Of a stretch of DNA of 13,590 nt, positions 1 to 7,361 are shown piece after piece (positions within the stretch are counted from its first letter, which is position 1; each line of letters begins with the position of its first letter). The DNA is taken from positions 1 to 13,590 of the forward strand of contig CAYXWT010000019.1 of assembly GCA_964468895.1 (NCBI GenBank), read 5' to 3'. The translations under genes and the position numbers were made by a program. The stretch is from an uncultured archaeon (GTDB lineage: Archaea; Iainarchaeota; Iainarchaeia; Iainarchaeales; CSSED10-239). The notes under the pieces were generated by a model, which had not been told where the DNA came from, searched no databases, and saw only the letters and a list, made by a program, of their open reading frames with translations.

Positions 1-84
1 TTCTTTGTACTATCTTTTGTTTTCTTTGTACTATCTTTTAATTTCTTTGTATTACCTTTTAATTTCTTTTTAAGCTTTTTAAGA
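1..84 (-). repeat. Imperfect 21-bp tandem repeat (about 4 units) within the TBP 3' end, encoding a Lys-rich heptad tail
   Basis: The units are 1-21 ttctttgtactatcttttgtt, 22-42 ttctttgtactatcttttaat, 43-63 ttctttgtattaccttttaat and 64-84 ttctttttaagctttttaaga (degenerate). On the coding strand they translate in frame to ...KKLKKKLKGNTKKLKDSTKKTKDSTK. The array is still open at position 1, so the total copy number is unknown. Confidence 0.85.
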
Positions 85-581
85 CCTTTAACAATATCTT
101 CTTCGTTTTTTGCACCAGCACATATTAATTTACCATTTTTAAAAAGTAACATAGTCAATTTAGGATCATAAATTCTAACTATTGCACCAGGAAATTGTTC
201 AGGTTCATATTCTATATTATCTAAGTTTATAGCAATATTAAATAAATCAATTTCTGTATTTAAACTTGATGTAGCTACAAGATTTACAATTTCATAAGAA
301 ATATTTCTTTTTATTTTAACATCTTTTTGAACTTCATTAATTATTTTCATAGCTTTTTTTATTGCGATTTTAATATCTTTTTCGTTAGAAGCACCAGAAA
401 CAATTATCTTACCATTTTTAAAAAGTAATAAAGAAACTTTTGGTTCACTTATTTTTAAAATTGCACCAGGGAATTGTTCAGGTTCATATTCTACTTCAGG
501 AATTGCTGTTGCTAAATTATATAAATCTAAGCCATCTCCAATTCTACTTGAAGCAACTAAATTAACTATTTTATAATCCAT
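1..581 (-). CDS. tbp: TATA-box-binding protein (TBP); 3' end runs off the window
   Basis: Absent from the supplied track because it is open at the window edge. The reverse complement from 581 reads ATG GAT TAT AAA ATA GTT AAT TTA GTT GCT TCA = MDYKIVNLVASSRIGDGLDLYNLATAIPEVEYEPEQFPGAILKISEPKVSLLLFKNGKIIVSGASNEKDI. A second repeat follows: YEIVNLVATSSLNTEIDLFNIAINLDNIEYEPEQFPGAIVRIYDPKLTMLLFKNGKLICAGAKNEEDI. Two ~93-codon direct repeats with the IVN-VA(S/T) and EYEPEQFPG signatures are diagnostic of TBP. A GAGGT Shine-Dalgarno-like motif (plus-strand acctc, 591..595) lies 9 nt upstream of the ATG. A TATATAAAAA element (627..636) lies about 46-55 nt upstream. Confidence 0.92.
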   Translation of the reverse strand, partial: MDYKIVNLVASSRIGDGLDLYNLATAIPEVEYEPEQFPGAILKISEPKVSLLLFKNGKIIVSGASNEKDIKIAIKKAMKIINEVQKDVKIKRNISYEIVNLVATSSLNTEIDLFNIAINLDNIEYEPEQFPGAIVRIYDPKLTMLLFKNGKLICAGAKNEEDIVKGLKKLKKKLKGNTKKLKDSTKKTKDSTK

Positions 582-782
582 TTATAACCAACCTCTTAAT
601 ATTTTTTAAATAATTTCAAAAATATCTTTTTATATACAATATATTATAATTAAAAACAAAATATATATAAACCCGTTTAAAATGTAAGATAATTTGCAAT
701 TACTAACTAAAAATTAAACCATACTAAAAATGAGGTTGTTGTTTGATAAACTAATTATACTGTTAAGTACAGTTAGCAATTA

Positions 783-799
783 TTAGTTAAATTAACTAA
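783..799. promoter_or_regulatory. 17-bp perfect palindrome TTAGTTAA-A-TTAACTAA in the tbp/rpl21e divergent intergenic region; possible operator
   Basis: ttagttaa (783-790) and ttaactaa (792-799) are exact reverse complements around a single central a. Related half-sites taactaa (704-710) and agttag (771-776) lie nearby. The function is inferred only from the dyad symmetry and the position between two divergent promoters. Confidence 0.3.
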
Positions 800-944
800 A
801 TATTTAAACTTTACTATACAACAATTATAATATATTTGAAGATTATTTGAATTACTTTTAAATATTTTTTTAGTAACACAATTATTTAAAATCTAAAAGA
901 TAATCTTTTAAAAAATTTAAAAAAAATATAAAGGTTAGAATATT

Positions 945-1259
945 ATGGCTAATAAAAGAGCAAAAGGAATAAGATCAAGAACAAGAAGAAAATTAAAAAG
1001 AAATGTTAGAGCAAAAACAACTGTAAATGAAATTATAAAACCTATATCTATTGGAGATGCTGTTCAAGTTAAAATTAATAGTTCATTCCATCCTGGTTTA
1101 CCACACCCTAGAATGCACGGAAAAGGTGGATTAGTAATTGGATTTCAAGGAAATTGCCCAATAATACAATTAAAAGATGGAAATAAATCTAAAAAAGTAA
1201 TTGCACATAGAGCACATATTAAAAAATTATTACAAATTCCAAAAGAAGTTAAGGAGTAA
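945..1259 (+). CDS. rpl21e: 50S ribosomal protein L21e
   Basis: 104 aa with a basic N-terminus (KRAKGIRSRTRRKLKRN) and the SH3-like core ...GDAVQVKINSSFHPGLPHPRMHGKGGLVIG... typical of L21e. It is followed by rpoF, DUF655 and ksgA, the conserved archaeal gene order. TAA stop. Confidence 0.9.
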   Translation: MANKRAKGIRSRTRRKLKRNVRAKTTVNEIIKPISIGDAVQVKINSSFHPGLPHPRMHGKGGLVIGFQGNCPIIQLKDGNKSKKVIAHRAHIKKLLQIPKEVKE

Positions 1260-1264
1260 ATAAT

Positions 1265-1591
1265 ATGAATGATATAAAACATGTTGATGATTTAAGTTTA
1301 GTTGAAGTAAAACAAATACTTAAAGAAAAAAAGAAAATTAAAGAACTTAATTATGAACAAAAAATGTGCTTAGATCATGCAAACTTATTTTCTAAATTAA
1401 CTGTTGCAAAACTAGAGAAAATGACATTAGAACTTTTGGAAAAATGTGAAATTACAAACGAAGTTGCTAAAAAAATTGCAGATATATTACCTAATAAAAT
1501 TGAATTAGATTTAATTGCAGAAAAAAATAAATGCATAACAAGTGAAAATAAAGATTCAATTCTAGAAATTGTTTTAAAATATAAAATATAA
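1265..1591 (+). CDS. rpoF: DNA-directed RNA polymerase subunit Rpo4 (RpoF)
   Basis: 108 aa, helical, Lys/Glu-rich with an HRDC-like C-terminal half (EVAKKIADILPNKIELDLI). It sits immediately after rpl21e, as in most archaea. A strong AAGGAG Shine-Dalgarno (1251-1256) lies 8 nt upstream of the ATG, inside the rpl21e 3' end. The call rests partly on conserved synteny. Confidence 0.75.
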   Translation: MNDIKHVDDLSLVEVKQILKEKKKIKELNYEQKMCLDHANLFSKLTVAKLEKMTLELLEKCEITNEVAKKIADILPNKIELDLIAEKNKCITSENKDSILEIVLKYKI

Positions 1592-1604
1592 AAAAAGTAA
1601 ATAT

Positions 1605-2126
1605 ATGTTAAAAGAAGCAATTGTTTTAGATAAAACACAAAGGGAAATACAATTTAAACAAACAAACATCATACAATGTTTAGGTATTTCTAACTTTGCT
1701 TTATTAGAATTGTATAGTAATACATCAGTTAAAATTATGGATAAAATATCCACAGAAAATGAAATTGTAAAAAGAATTAATTATAAAAAACTTACAAATA
1801 CTGCTAAAAAAGAATTAGAAAGAGCTGTAGAAAATATAGTTTTAGAAAATGAAACTAGATTTGTAAATTTCTTTAATAATGCAAAACCTATTAGTATCAG
1901 AAGACATCAACTAGATCTTTTACCAATGGTTGGTAAAAAACACAAATTGATGCTATTAGATTACCTTAAAATAAAAGGTAAATTTAATAGTTTTGAAGAT
2001 ATTAGAAACATAGATATGATGCCTGATCCAGCACATATAATAGTAGGTAGAATTATAGACGAAATTGAAGGCGGGCCTGATATTAAGTATTATTTATTTA
2101 TTATGCCTCAATTTAAAAAATACTAA
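1605..2126 (+). CDS. DUF655-family protein (putative nucleic-acid-binding protein with helix-hairpin-helix motif)
   Basis: 173 aa. The segment FVNFFNNAKPISIRRHQLDLLPMVGKKHKLMLLDY...FNSFEDI matches the DUF655 signature (F-N-A-P-I-(S/T)-R-H-L-L-LP-GIGKK...F-SFEDI). Its position between rpoF and ksgA is the conserved archaeal context. Confidence 0.85.
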   Translation: MLKEAIVLDKTQREIQFKQTNIIQCLGISNFALLELYSNTSVKIMDKISTENEIVKRINYKKLTNTAKKELERAVENIVLENETRFVNFFNNAKPISIRRHQLDLLPMVGKKHKLMLLDYLKIKGKFNSFEDIRNIDMMPDPAHIIVGRIIDEIEGGPDIKYYLFIMPQFKKY

Positions 2127-2178
2127 AAATTTCTATTTTCTGTATTTATATTCAAAAAAAATAAAAGTGTTAATTATT

Positions 2179-2973
2179 ATGTTAAGTAGACTTTATTCTT
2201 TAATGTTAAGATATTCATTTAAACCAAATCCTAAATTTAATCAAAATTTTATAATTAATAAAAAAATTATTGATAGAGTTATAGAAATAACAGATATTAG
2301 CAAAGAAGATATAATTTTAGAAATAGGACCAGGGATTGGCTTTTTAACATCAGAATTACTAGATAAATCTAAAGAAGTAATTGCAGTTGAAAAAGACATA
2401 AATATGGTTAATATTCTTAAAGATATATTTAAAAACAAAGATCAATTAAATATAATAAATGAAGATTTTCTTAATACAAATTTAGATCAATTAAAATTTA
2501 ACAAAATTGTTGGATTTATACCTTATTCAATTTCTCAAAAAATAATTTATAAAATAAACAATATTTGTCAGTCTGTACTAATAGTGCAAAAAGAATTTGC
2601 TAACAAATTACTATCTCAAGAAGGATTTGAAAATTATAATGCAATATCAGTAATTTCTCAAACATATAATAATATTAAAGTACATAATAAAATTGGTAAA
2701 AGTTCTTTTTTTCCAGCACCAAAATGTGAATCTGTTATTATAGAATTAACTCCAAAATCATTTAAACTAGATGCTAGATATAACTTGTTTGTAAAAGAGA
2801 TATTTAGATATTCAAATAAAGATCTATCAAAAGCAATTAAATTATCTAATAAAATTTTAAAAATAGACTTAAAGTTTTTTGAAGAAAATATATCTGATAA
2901 TTTAAAAAGTAGAAAAGTAAAATTATTAAATGTAAAAGAAATAAAAGATATTTATTCTAAACTTTACAAATAA
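2179..2973 (+). CDS. ksgA: 16S rRNA (adenine1518/1519-N6)-dimethyltransferase KsgA/Dim1
   Basis: NQNFIINKKIIDRV (consensus GQNFL), SAM motif I LEIGPGIGFLTSELL, VAVEKD, and the catalytic (N/F)(L/I)PY-type motif GFIPYSIS. The track ORF starts at 2065, overlaps DUF655 by 62 nt and adds a non-conserved hydrophobic extension. The in-frame ATG at 2179 (MLSRLYSLMLRYSFKPNPKFNQNF) is preferred, and the ATG at 2203 is also possible. Confidence 0.9.
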   Translation: MLSRLYSLMLRYSFKPNPKFNQNFIINKKIIDRVIEITDISKEDIILEIGPGIGFLTSELLDKSKEVIAVEKDINMVNILKDIFKNKDQLNIINEDFLNTNLDQLKFNKIVGFIPYSISQKIIYKINNICQSVLIVQKEFANKLLSQEGFENYNAISVISQTYNNIKVHNKIGKSSFFPAPKCESVIIELTPKSFKLDARYNLFVKEIFRYSNKDLSKAIKLSNKILKIDLKFFEENISDNLKSRKVKLLNVKEIKDIYSKLYK

Positions 2974-4485
2974 TTATTCTATTTCTTCAATAACTGATTT
3001 TTTATACTGTACTAATTTAGATATGTTTTCTTGAGCATATTTATATGCATCTTCTAATTTATCTTCACTATCAGAATAGATTTCAAACAAAGGTGTTTCA
3101 AATTCTATTTTTTCACCAATATCTTTTAAGACTAACATGCCAGAAGTTTTATTTATTGGAGCACCTGCAATTCTAGAAATATGTGTTAATTTAGAAACAT
3201 CCATATCTGAAATAATACCTGTATCTACAGAATTTATTTTTTTTGTAAATTTAGCTAAAACAACATCGCTAGAACAAAAAATTGAACCTTTTTGAGCAGT
3301 AATAATTTCTTTAAATTTTTTTAGAGCATTTCCATTTTCAAGTTCTTTTTTAGCAATATTAAAACCAGCTCCATTTTCACAATGACCTGCAAGTTCTAAC
3401 AATTCACCTGTAAGTTCACAGGATTTTTCTGCAAGATTATTAAAATATTTGCATTCTAATATTTCTAAAACTTCTTTTGCTTCTAATGATGCTCCAAAAG
3501 AGTGCCCACAAGGTGTTTCAGCATCTGTTAAAACAACTTTTATTTTTAAACCTAAAGCCTTACCAACTTCGATAAATTTTTGAGCCCATCTATCTCCATC
3601 TTCTTTTGTAATTACTTTTACTTCTCTACCAACAGGTACATCTATAAGTACATGTGTAGCTCCAGCACTAACTTTTTTAGAAAGAACAGATGCAATAACA
3701 ACCCCTTCAGGATCTAATCCTAAATCATGTCTCACTTTTATGAGTTTATCATCTACTGGTGATAGATCTAATTTTCCATTCCAAGCAACAATACCATTTG
3801 TTTTTTCAACAATGTCTTGAAACTCTTCTAAAGAAAATGATACTCTTGCTAAAACTTCCATAGCATCAGCAGTTCCAGCAGCACTACTTATTGAACGAGA
3901 AGCAGTTTTTGGAATTGTATAACCTAATGATGCAATAATAGGTACCACAATCATAGATACTCTTCCATTTATACCACCTATAGAATGTTTATCTAAAACC
4001 ATTTCTTTATTAAAATGCAATTTTTTTCCAACATTTACAAGTGCTTTTGAAAAGTAAATTGTTTCATTTAAATCTAAATTATTAATATAAGTAGCAGTCA
4101 TAAAACCACTAATTTCTGCGTCTGATAATCTATCTTCAAATATATCTTCTATAATTTCATAAATTTCTTGTTCATTTAAAGAATTATTTCTAATTTTTTT
4201 AATAATATATTCTACAGATTTAGGATAAGGCATAACACTAACTTCTACGTCTTGATCATTACTTAATTTTAATTGGTTAGCAACATTTTTAAATAAACCA
4301 ACATGCTCCATATCTACAAGATTATTAGAAATATTTGTAATACAGATTTCAGATATATCTTTATTTTTAATACTAATTCTTGTATTAGTAGGAATTTTTA
4401 ATTTTGCAGAATTTTCATTATTTAAAACAACTATTGATTTATCTGAATCTAAGTCTAATATCTTTACTTTTAAGTTTATACTCAT
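2974..4485 (-). CDS. deoA: AMP phosphorylase (archaeal thymidine-phosphorylase-family enzyme, DeoA-like)
   Basis: 503 aa. It has the extra N-terminal domain typical of archaeal AMP phosphorylases (LKVKILDLDSDKSIVVLNNENSAKLKI). This is followed by the glycosyltransferase-family-3 core (ISGFMTATYINNL, VLDKHSIGGINGRVSMIVVPIIASLG, SRSISSAAGTADAME) and a C-terminal alpha/beta domain. A GGTG Shine-Dalgarno-like motif lies upstream of the ATG. Confidence 0.85.
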   Translation of the reverse strand: MSINLKVKILDLDSDKSIVVLNNENSAKLKIPTNTRISIKNKDISEICITNISNNLVDMEHVGLFKNVANQLKLSNDQDVEVSVMPYPKSVEYIIKKIRNNSLNEQEIYEIIEDIFEDRLSDAEISGFMTATYINNLDLNETIYFSKALVNVGKKLHFNKEMVLDKHSIGGINGRVSMIVVPIIASLGYTIPKTASRSISSAAGTADAMEVLARVSFSLEEFQDIVEKTNGIVAWNGKLDLSPVDDKLIKVRHDLGLDPEGVVIASVLSKKVSAGATHVLIDVPVGREVKVITKEDGDRWAQKFIEVGKALGLKIKVVLTDAETPCGHSFGASLEAKEVLEILECKYFNNLAEKSCELTGELLELAGHCENGAGFNIAKKELENGNALKKFKEIITAQKGSIFCSSDVVLAKFTKKINSVDTGIISDMDVSKLTHISRIAGAPINKTSGMLVLKDIGEKIEFETPLFEIYSDSEDKLEDAYKYAQENISKLVQYKKSVIEEIE

Positions 4486-4574
4486 TTAAAACACCATTTT
4501 ATCTTTTTCAAAAAAAGTTATTAATTTAAACATAATATAGATACTTTACTATCATAAGTATTATAAATATAGTA

Positions 4575-5381
4575 TTAAATTATAATTATTAAAATATAAA
4601 TAAAAGCAATAATAAAGCAAATGTATGAGAAATTAACTTTTTTAACAAACCTCATTACTAAATCAATAGTAATATAACCTACAACAAAAGCAACAATTAA
4701 AGAAATTAATATATAATAATTAAAAGTAATATTGCTAAATAATAAAATAAATAATTCAGCTGCAAAAACAGTAGGAATAGATAATATAAAACTATATTTA
4801 AAAGAATTTTCTGCATTAAATTTTTCTAAAAGTAAAACAGAAGTTGTAATTCCACTTCTACTAATACCTGGAAGAACTGCAAGACCTTGACAAAATCCTA
4901 GGAAAAAAGAATTTTTAAAAGAAAAATCAGAACTAATTTTATTTTTAGTGTTTTTCTTTAATTGTAATACACCTGTAATAATAAGTAATATTGCAATAAT
5001 CAAAGTTACAAAATTAAGATTTAATGAATCTAAGTAATTATCTAAAACTAAATAAATTGGTAAAGATACAATAATAGTAATAATAAACGCAAAAAACAAA
5101 AATCTTAATATTTTTGTAGATTCATCTATTTTTTTCTTTTTAAAATTAAATAAACTTTTTAAAGAATTAATATTTATAATTTTAAAAATTTCTTTTCTAA
5201 AATAAATAAATGCTGCAAAAACAGTTCCTAAATGTAAAAATATAGAATAATCTAAAGCTAAAGATGGAGATATATTTAAAAAATTACTAAAAATAATAAA
5301 TAGACTTCCTTGCGAACTAATTGGCAACCATTCAAAAACACCTTGAATTACTCCTATTAATATAAAATCAAAAACATTCAT
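4575..5381 (-). CDS. uppP: Undecaprenyl-diphosphatase (UppP/BacA family)
   Basis: 268 aa polytopic membrane protein carrying both family signatures: GVFEWLPISSQGS (consensus E-x-LP-(I/V)-SSSGH) and LPGISRSGITTS (consensus PG-x-SRSG-x-T). Confidence 0.9.
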   Translation of the reverse strand: MNVFDFILIGVIQGVFEWLPISSQGSLFIIFSNFLNISPSLALDYSIFLHLGTVFAAFIYFRKEIFKIININSLKSLFNFKKKKIDESTKILRFLFFAFIITIIVSLPIYLVLDNYLDSLNLNFVTLIIAILLIITGVLQLKKNTKNKISSDFSFKNSFFLGFCQGLAVLPGISRSGITTSVLLLEKFNAENSFKYSFILSIPTVFAAELFILLFSNITFNYYILISLIVAFVVGYITIDLVMRFVKKVNFSYICFIIAFIYILIIII

Positions 5382-5467
5382 AATAAATATTAGAAACCAT
5401 TTATTTTAAAATAAGAACTTTACTTAAAGAATATATAGACTAAATATCAAAAATAAATTGATTAAAT

Positions 5468-5914
5468 ATGGATAAATTTCATCACTTATTATGGGGTGCA
5501 ATATTTTTTTTAGTAATTTACTTCTTTACAGAATCACTTATATTTAGTGATGGGCCAAATGTTTTTTTATCTTTATTAATTTGTTTAGTATATTCTTTAT
5601 TACCTGATTTAGATTTAAAAAGTTCTTGGATAAAAAATCAGTTCAACAGTATTGTATTATACTTAATAGTTATGAGTATAATTTTATATTTTGCAACATC
5701 AATAATTGCATTTTTAATAACAACAATTATTTTAATTGTAATAGAAATTATACTACAATTATTAAAACATAGAGGTATACTTCATTCACCAGTATTTGGA
5801 ATCATACTTGCAATACCATTAATATTTATTAATTATCCATCATGGTCTTATTTTATTGCTGGCTGTATAGGAATTATATCTCACTGGATAGTAGATAAAG
5901 TTAAAAGCAAATAA
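5468..5914 (+). CDS. Membrane-bound metal-dependent hydrolase, YdjM/DUF457-like
   Basis: 148 aa with 4-5 TM segments and the His/Asp pattern of the family: N-terminal FHHLLWG, LLPDLDLKS, KHRGILHSP and ISHWIVDKV. Confidence 0.65.
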   Translation: MDKFHHLLWGAIFFLVIYFFTESLIFSDGPNVFLSLLICLVYSLLPDLDLKSSWIKNQFNSIVLYLIVMSIILYFATSIIAFLITTIILIVIEIILQLLKHRGILHSPVFGIILAIPLIFINYPSWSYFIAGCIGIISHWIVDKVKSK

Positions 5915-5924
5915 TTTTAAAAAT

Positions 5925-6902
5925 CTATTTTTGAGGTTTAATAAATAACAATAATACAAAAATAATTAAAATACCAACTAGTAAATATTTAAAATTAAAT
6001 TTACCTTTATTAAAACTAAACAAAGCACTTATTTTTGATAAATTAGAGTCTACATTAGTTTCTGATTCTACAGATAAATTGAGATCTATATTTTTGCTTA
6101 TAGGAATAAATCTTAAAGTAATATCTTTTAATTTATTTTTTTCAAAACCATCTTGAGCATAACAAGAAATAACATATAAATCTTTAGTTAAAGTTTTATT
6201 ATTATCTACTGAAACTATTAAACTAGTAGTATTATAAGAAGAATCTACAATTTGATTTAAACTTAAGTTTTCATCAGTATCACAACTTAAAGAAAAGTAA
6301 TAATCATCAGAAGTAGATTTTAAAGTAATATCTATCACATCTTTATCGTTAACGCTATTTAATATAAAAAAGTCTCTAGAATAATTATAACCTACAAATT
6401 TAGGTTTTGAATGATCTTTAGTATTAGAAAAATATATTGGAGAATTATTATATTTAAGATTTAAATAAATTCTATCAGTATCTAACAAATTATCATATTC
6501 ATCATACAAATCAATTTGAAATTTAAGTTTAGTATTTTTATCAAAGTAATTATTTGTAGAAATATAAATATAAAAGTTATTTGAAAACGCATTTTCAAAA
6601 TAAATTATTGAATCTGATAAATCAAGATCAACATTATTATTTTTAGAACCAAAAACTTCATAAGACAATTCAATTCTAGGATTTTTATAAGTTTCAATAT
6701 CTTGTTTATTAAAATTAACAATAGAATTGAAACCTATACTTAAATCTGTATTTTTAGATAAATAAAAAGTATTACCAGCAGCATCAGAGTTATCTATTTG
6801 ATTTATTTCCAATAAATTGTTGTTTGCAAATATATTTAATGATATTAAAACTAGAAATAATAATGATAATAAATTAAATATAAATCTTTTTTTAAATAAC
6901 AT
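5925..6902 (-). CDS. Asn-rich secreted surface protein with N-terminal signal peptide and C-terminal TM anchor (no recognisable family)
   Basis: The track ORF begins at GTG 6911. The first ATG, at 6902, gives MLFKKRFIFNLLSLLFLVLISLNIFA-NNN, a canonical signal peptide. The C-terminus YLLVGILIIFVLLLFIKPQK is a TM helix plus a basic stop-transfer. The body is beta-rich and Asn/Asp/Ser/Tyr-rich, with at least seven N-x-S/T sequons and only two Cys. TAG stop. Confidence 0.7.
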   Translation of the reverse strand: MLFKKRFIFNLLSLLFLVLISLNIFANNNLLEINQIDNSDAAGNTFYLSKNTDLSIGFNSIVNFNKQDIETYKNPRIELSYEVFGSKNNNVDLDLSDSIIYFENAFSNNFYIYISTNNYFDKNTKLKFQIDLYDEYDNLLDTDRIYLNLKYNNSPIYFSNTKDHSKPKFVGYNYSRDFFILNSVNDKDVIDITLKSTSDDYYFSLSCDTDENLSLNQIVDSSYNTTSLIVSVDNNKTLTKDLYVISCYAQDGFEKNKLKDITLRFIPISKNIDLNLSVESETNVDSNLSKISALFSFNKGKFNFKYLLVGILIIFVLLLFIKPQK

Positions 6903-6959
6903 AGCTTTCACTATATAATTAAGGAGAGTTAAGTTATTTAAATAGATTTATTTTTTAAA

Positions 6960-7337
6960 TTAAGATGTTAATTTACCTGCATTATCACTTGGTGAAGAAT
7001 TATAAATCTTCATAACACTTAAAACCAAAACACCTTTAATAGGATAATTCTTGTTATTATCTTTAATCCATTTTTTAGCAACATCAAAATAATCTCCAGA
7101 TATATAATATTCTGAATTACAAATATATTGATAACTATCATAATCTTTAGTAACTAATAAACTTACAATTTTATTACTTTGAACATTATCATAAGTCTTA
7201 TTAAAATAATTATCAATAATTATGATTTTATCATTATAAATAAATTTCGCAGCAACAGTACACACATTTGGTATTTTCTCTATTGAACAAGTTCCTAATT
7301 GAACACATTTAACAGAATTAATAAAATTAAAATTCAT
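6960..7337 (-). CDS. Pyridoxamine 5'-phosphate oxidase-like (split-barrel FMN-binding) family protein
   Basis: 125 aa. The pattern LGTCSIEKIPNVCTVAAKFIYNDKIIIIDNYFNKTYDNVQSNKIVSLLV...EYYISGDYFDVAKKWIKDNNKNYPIKGVLVLSVMKIYNSSP fits the small PNPOx-like family. That family reads (LATvd-G-PN-v...dd-i-I-DN-m-KT--N---N--VSl-V ... G-f.....KG-i-i-V-ki) from memory, not from a search. AAGGAG Shine-Dalgarno (plus-strand ctcctt, 7345-7350) lies 7 nt upstream of the ATG. Confidence 0.6.
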   Translation of the reverse strand: MNFNFINSVKCVQLGTCSIEKIPNVCTVAAKFIYNDKIIIIDNYFNKTYDNVQSNKIVSLLVTKDYDSYQYICNSEYYISGDYFDVAKKWIKDNNKNYPIKGVLVLSVMKIYNSSPSDNAGKLTS

Positions 7338-7361
7338 ATCTAGACTCCTTATTTACAAAAA

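Noticed and set aside
130-493. Near-identical DNA segments 279 nt apart inside tbp. One is attgcaccagg(a/g)aattgttcaggttcatattcta at 181-214 and 460-493 (33/34 identical). The other is ttaccatttttaaaaagtaa at 130-149 and 409-428 (20/20 identical).
   Set aside because: The 93-codon offset equals the TBP internal repeat, and the segments encode the conserved EYEPEQFPGA and LLFKNGK motifs of both halves. This is the ancient intragenic duplication, possibly homogenised by biased codon usage or gene conversion. It is not a mobile-element repeat or a CRISPR-like array.
895-909. A small inverted repeat aaaaga-taa-tctttt upstream of rpl21e, and a 17-codon ORF starting at ATG 730.
   Set aside because: A 6-bp all-A/T-rich stem with a 3-nt loop is thermodynamically negligible and expected by chance at this base composition. 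The mini-ORF has no RBS and no support.
1375-1638. Track ORFs antisense to or out of frame with strong genes: 1375..1638(-), 2241..2438(-), 7476..7724(+), 8286..8480(-, alternate frame of the ATPase), 12179..12385(+) and 12738..13187(-).
   Set aside because: Each lies entirely within a CDS that has clear family motifs (rpoF/DUF655, ksgA, ATPase, GDPD, methyltransferase) or within the better-supported minus-strand 110-aa ORF. Their translations are Ile/Phe/Leu/Ser-rich low-complexity strings typical of shadow frames in AT-rich DNA. None has a Shine-Dalgarno or a recognisable motif.
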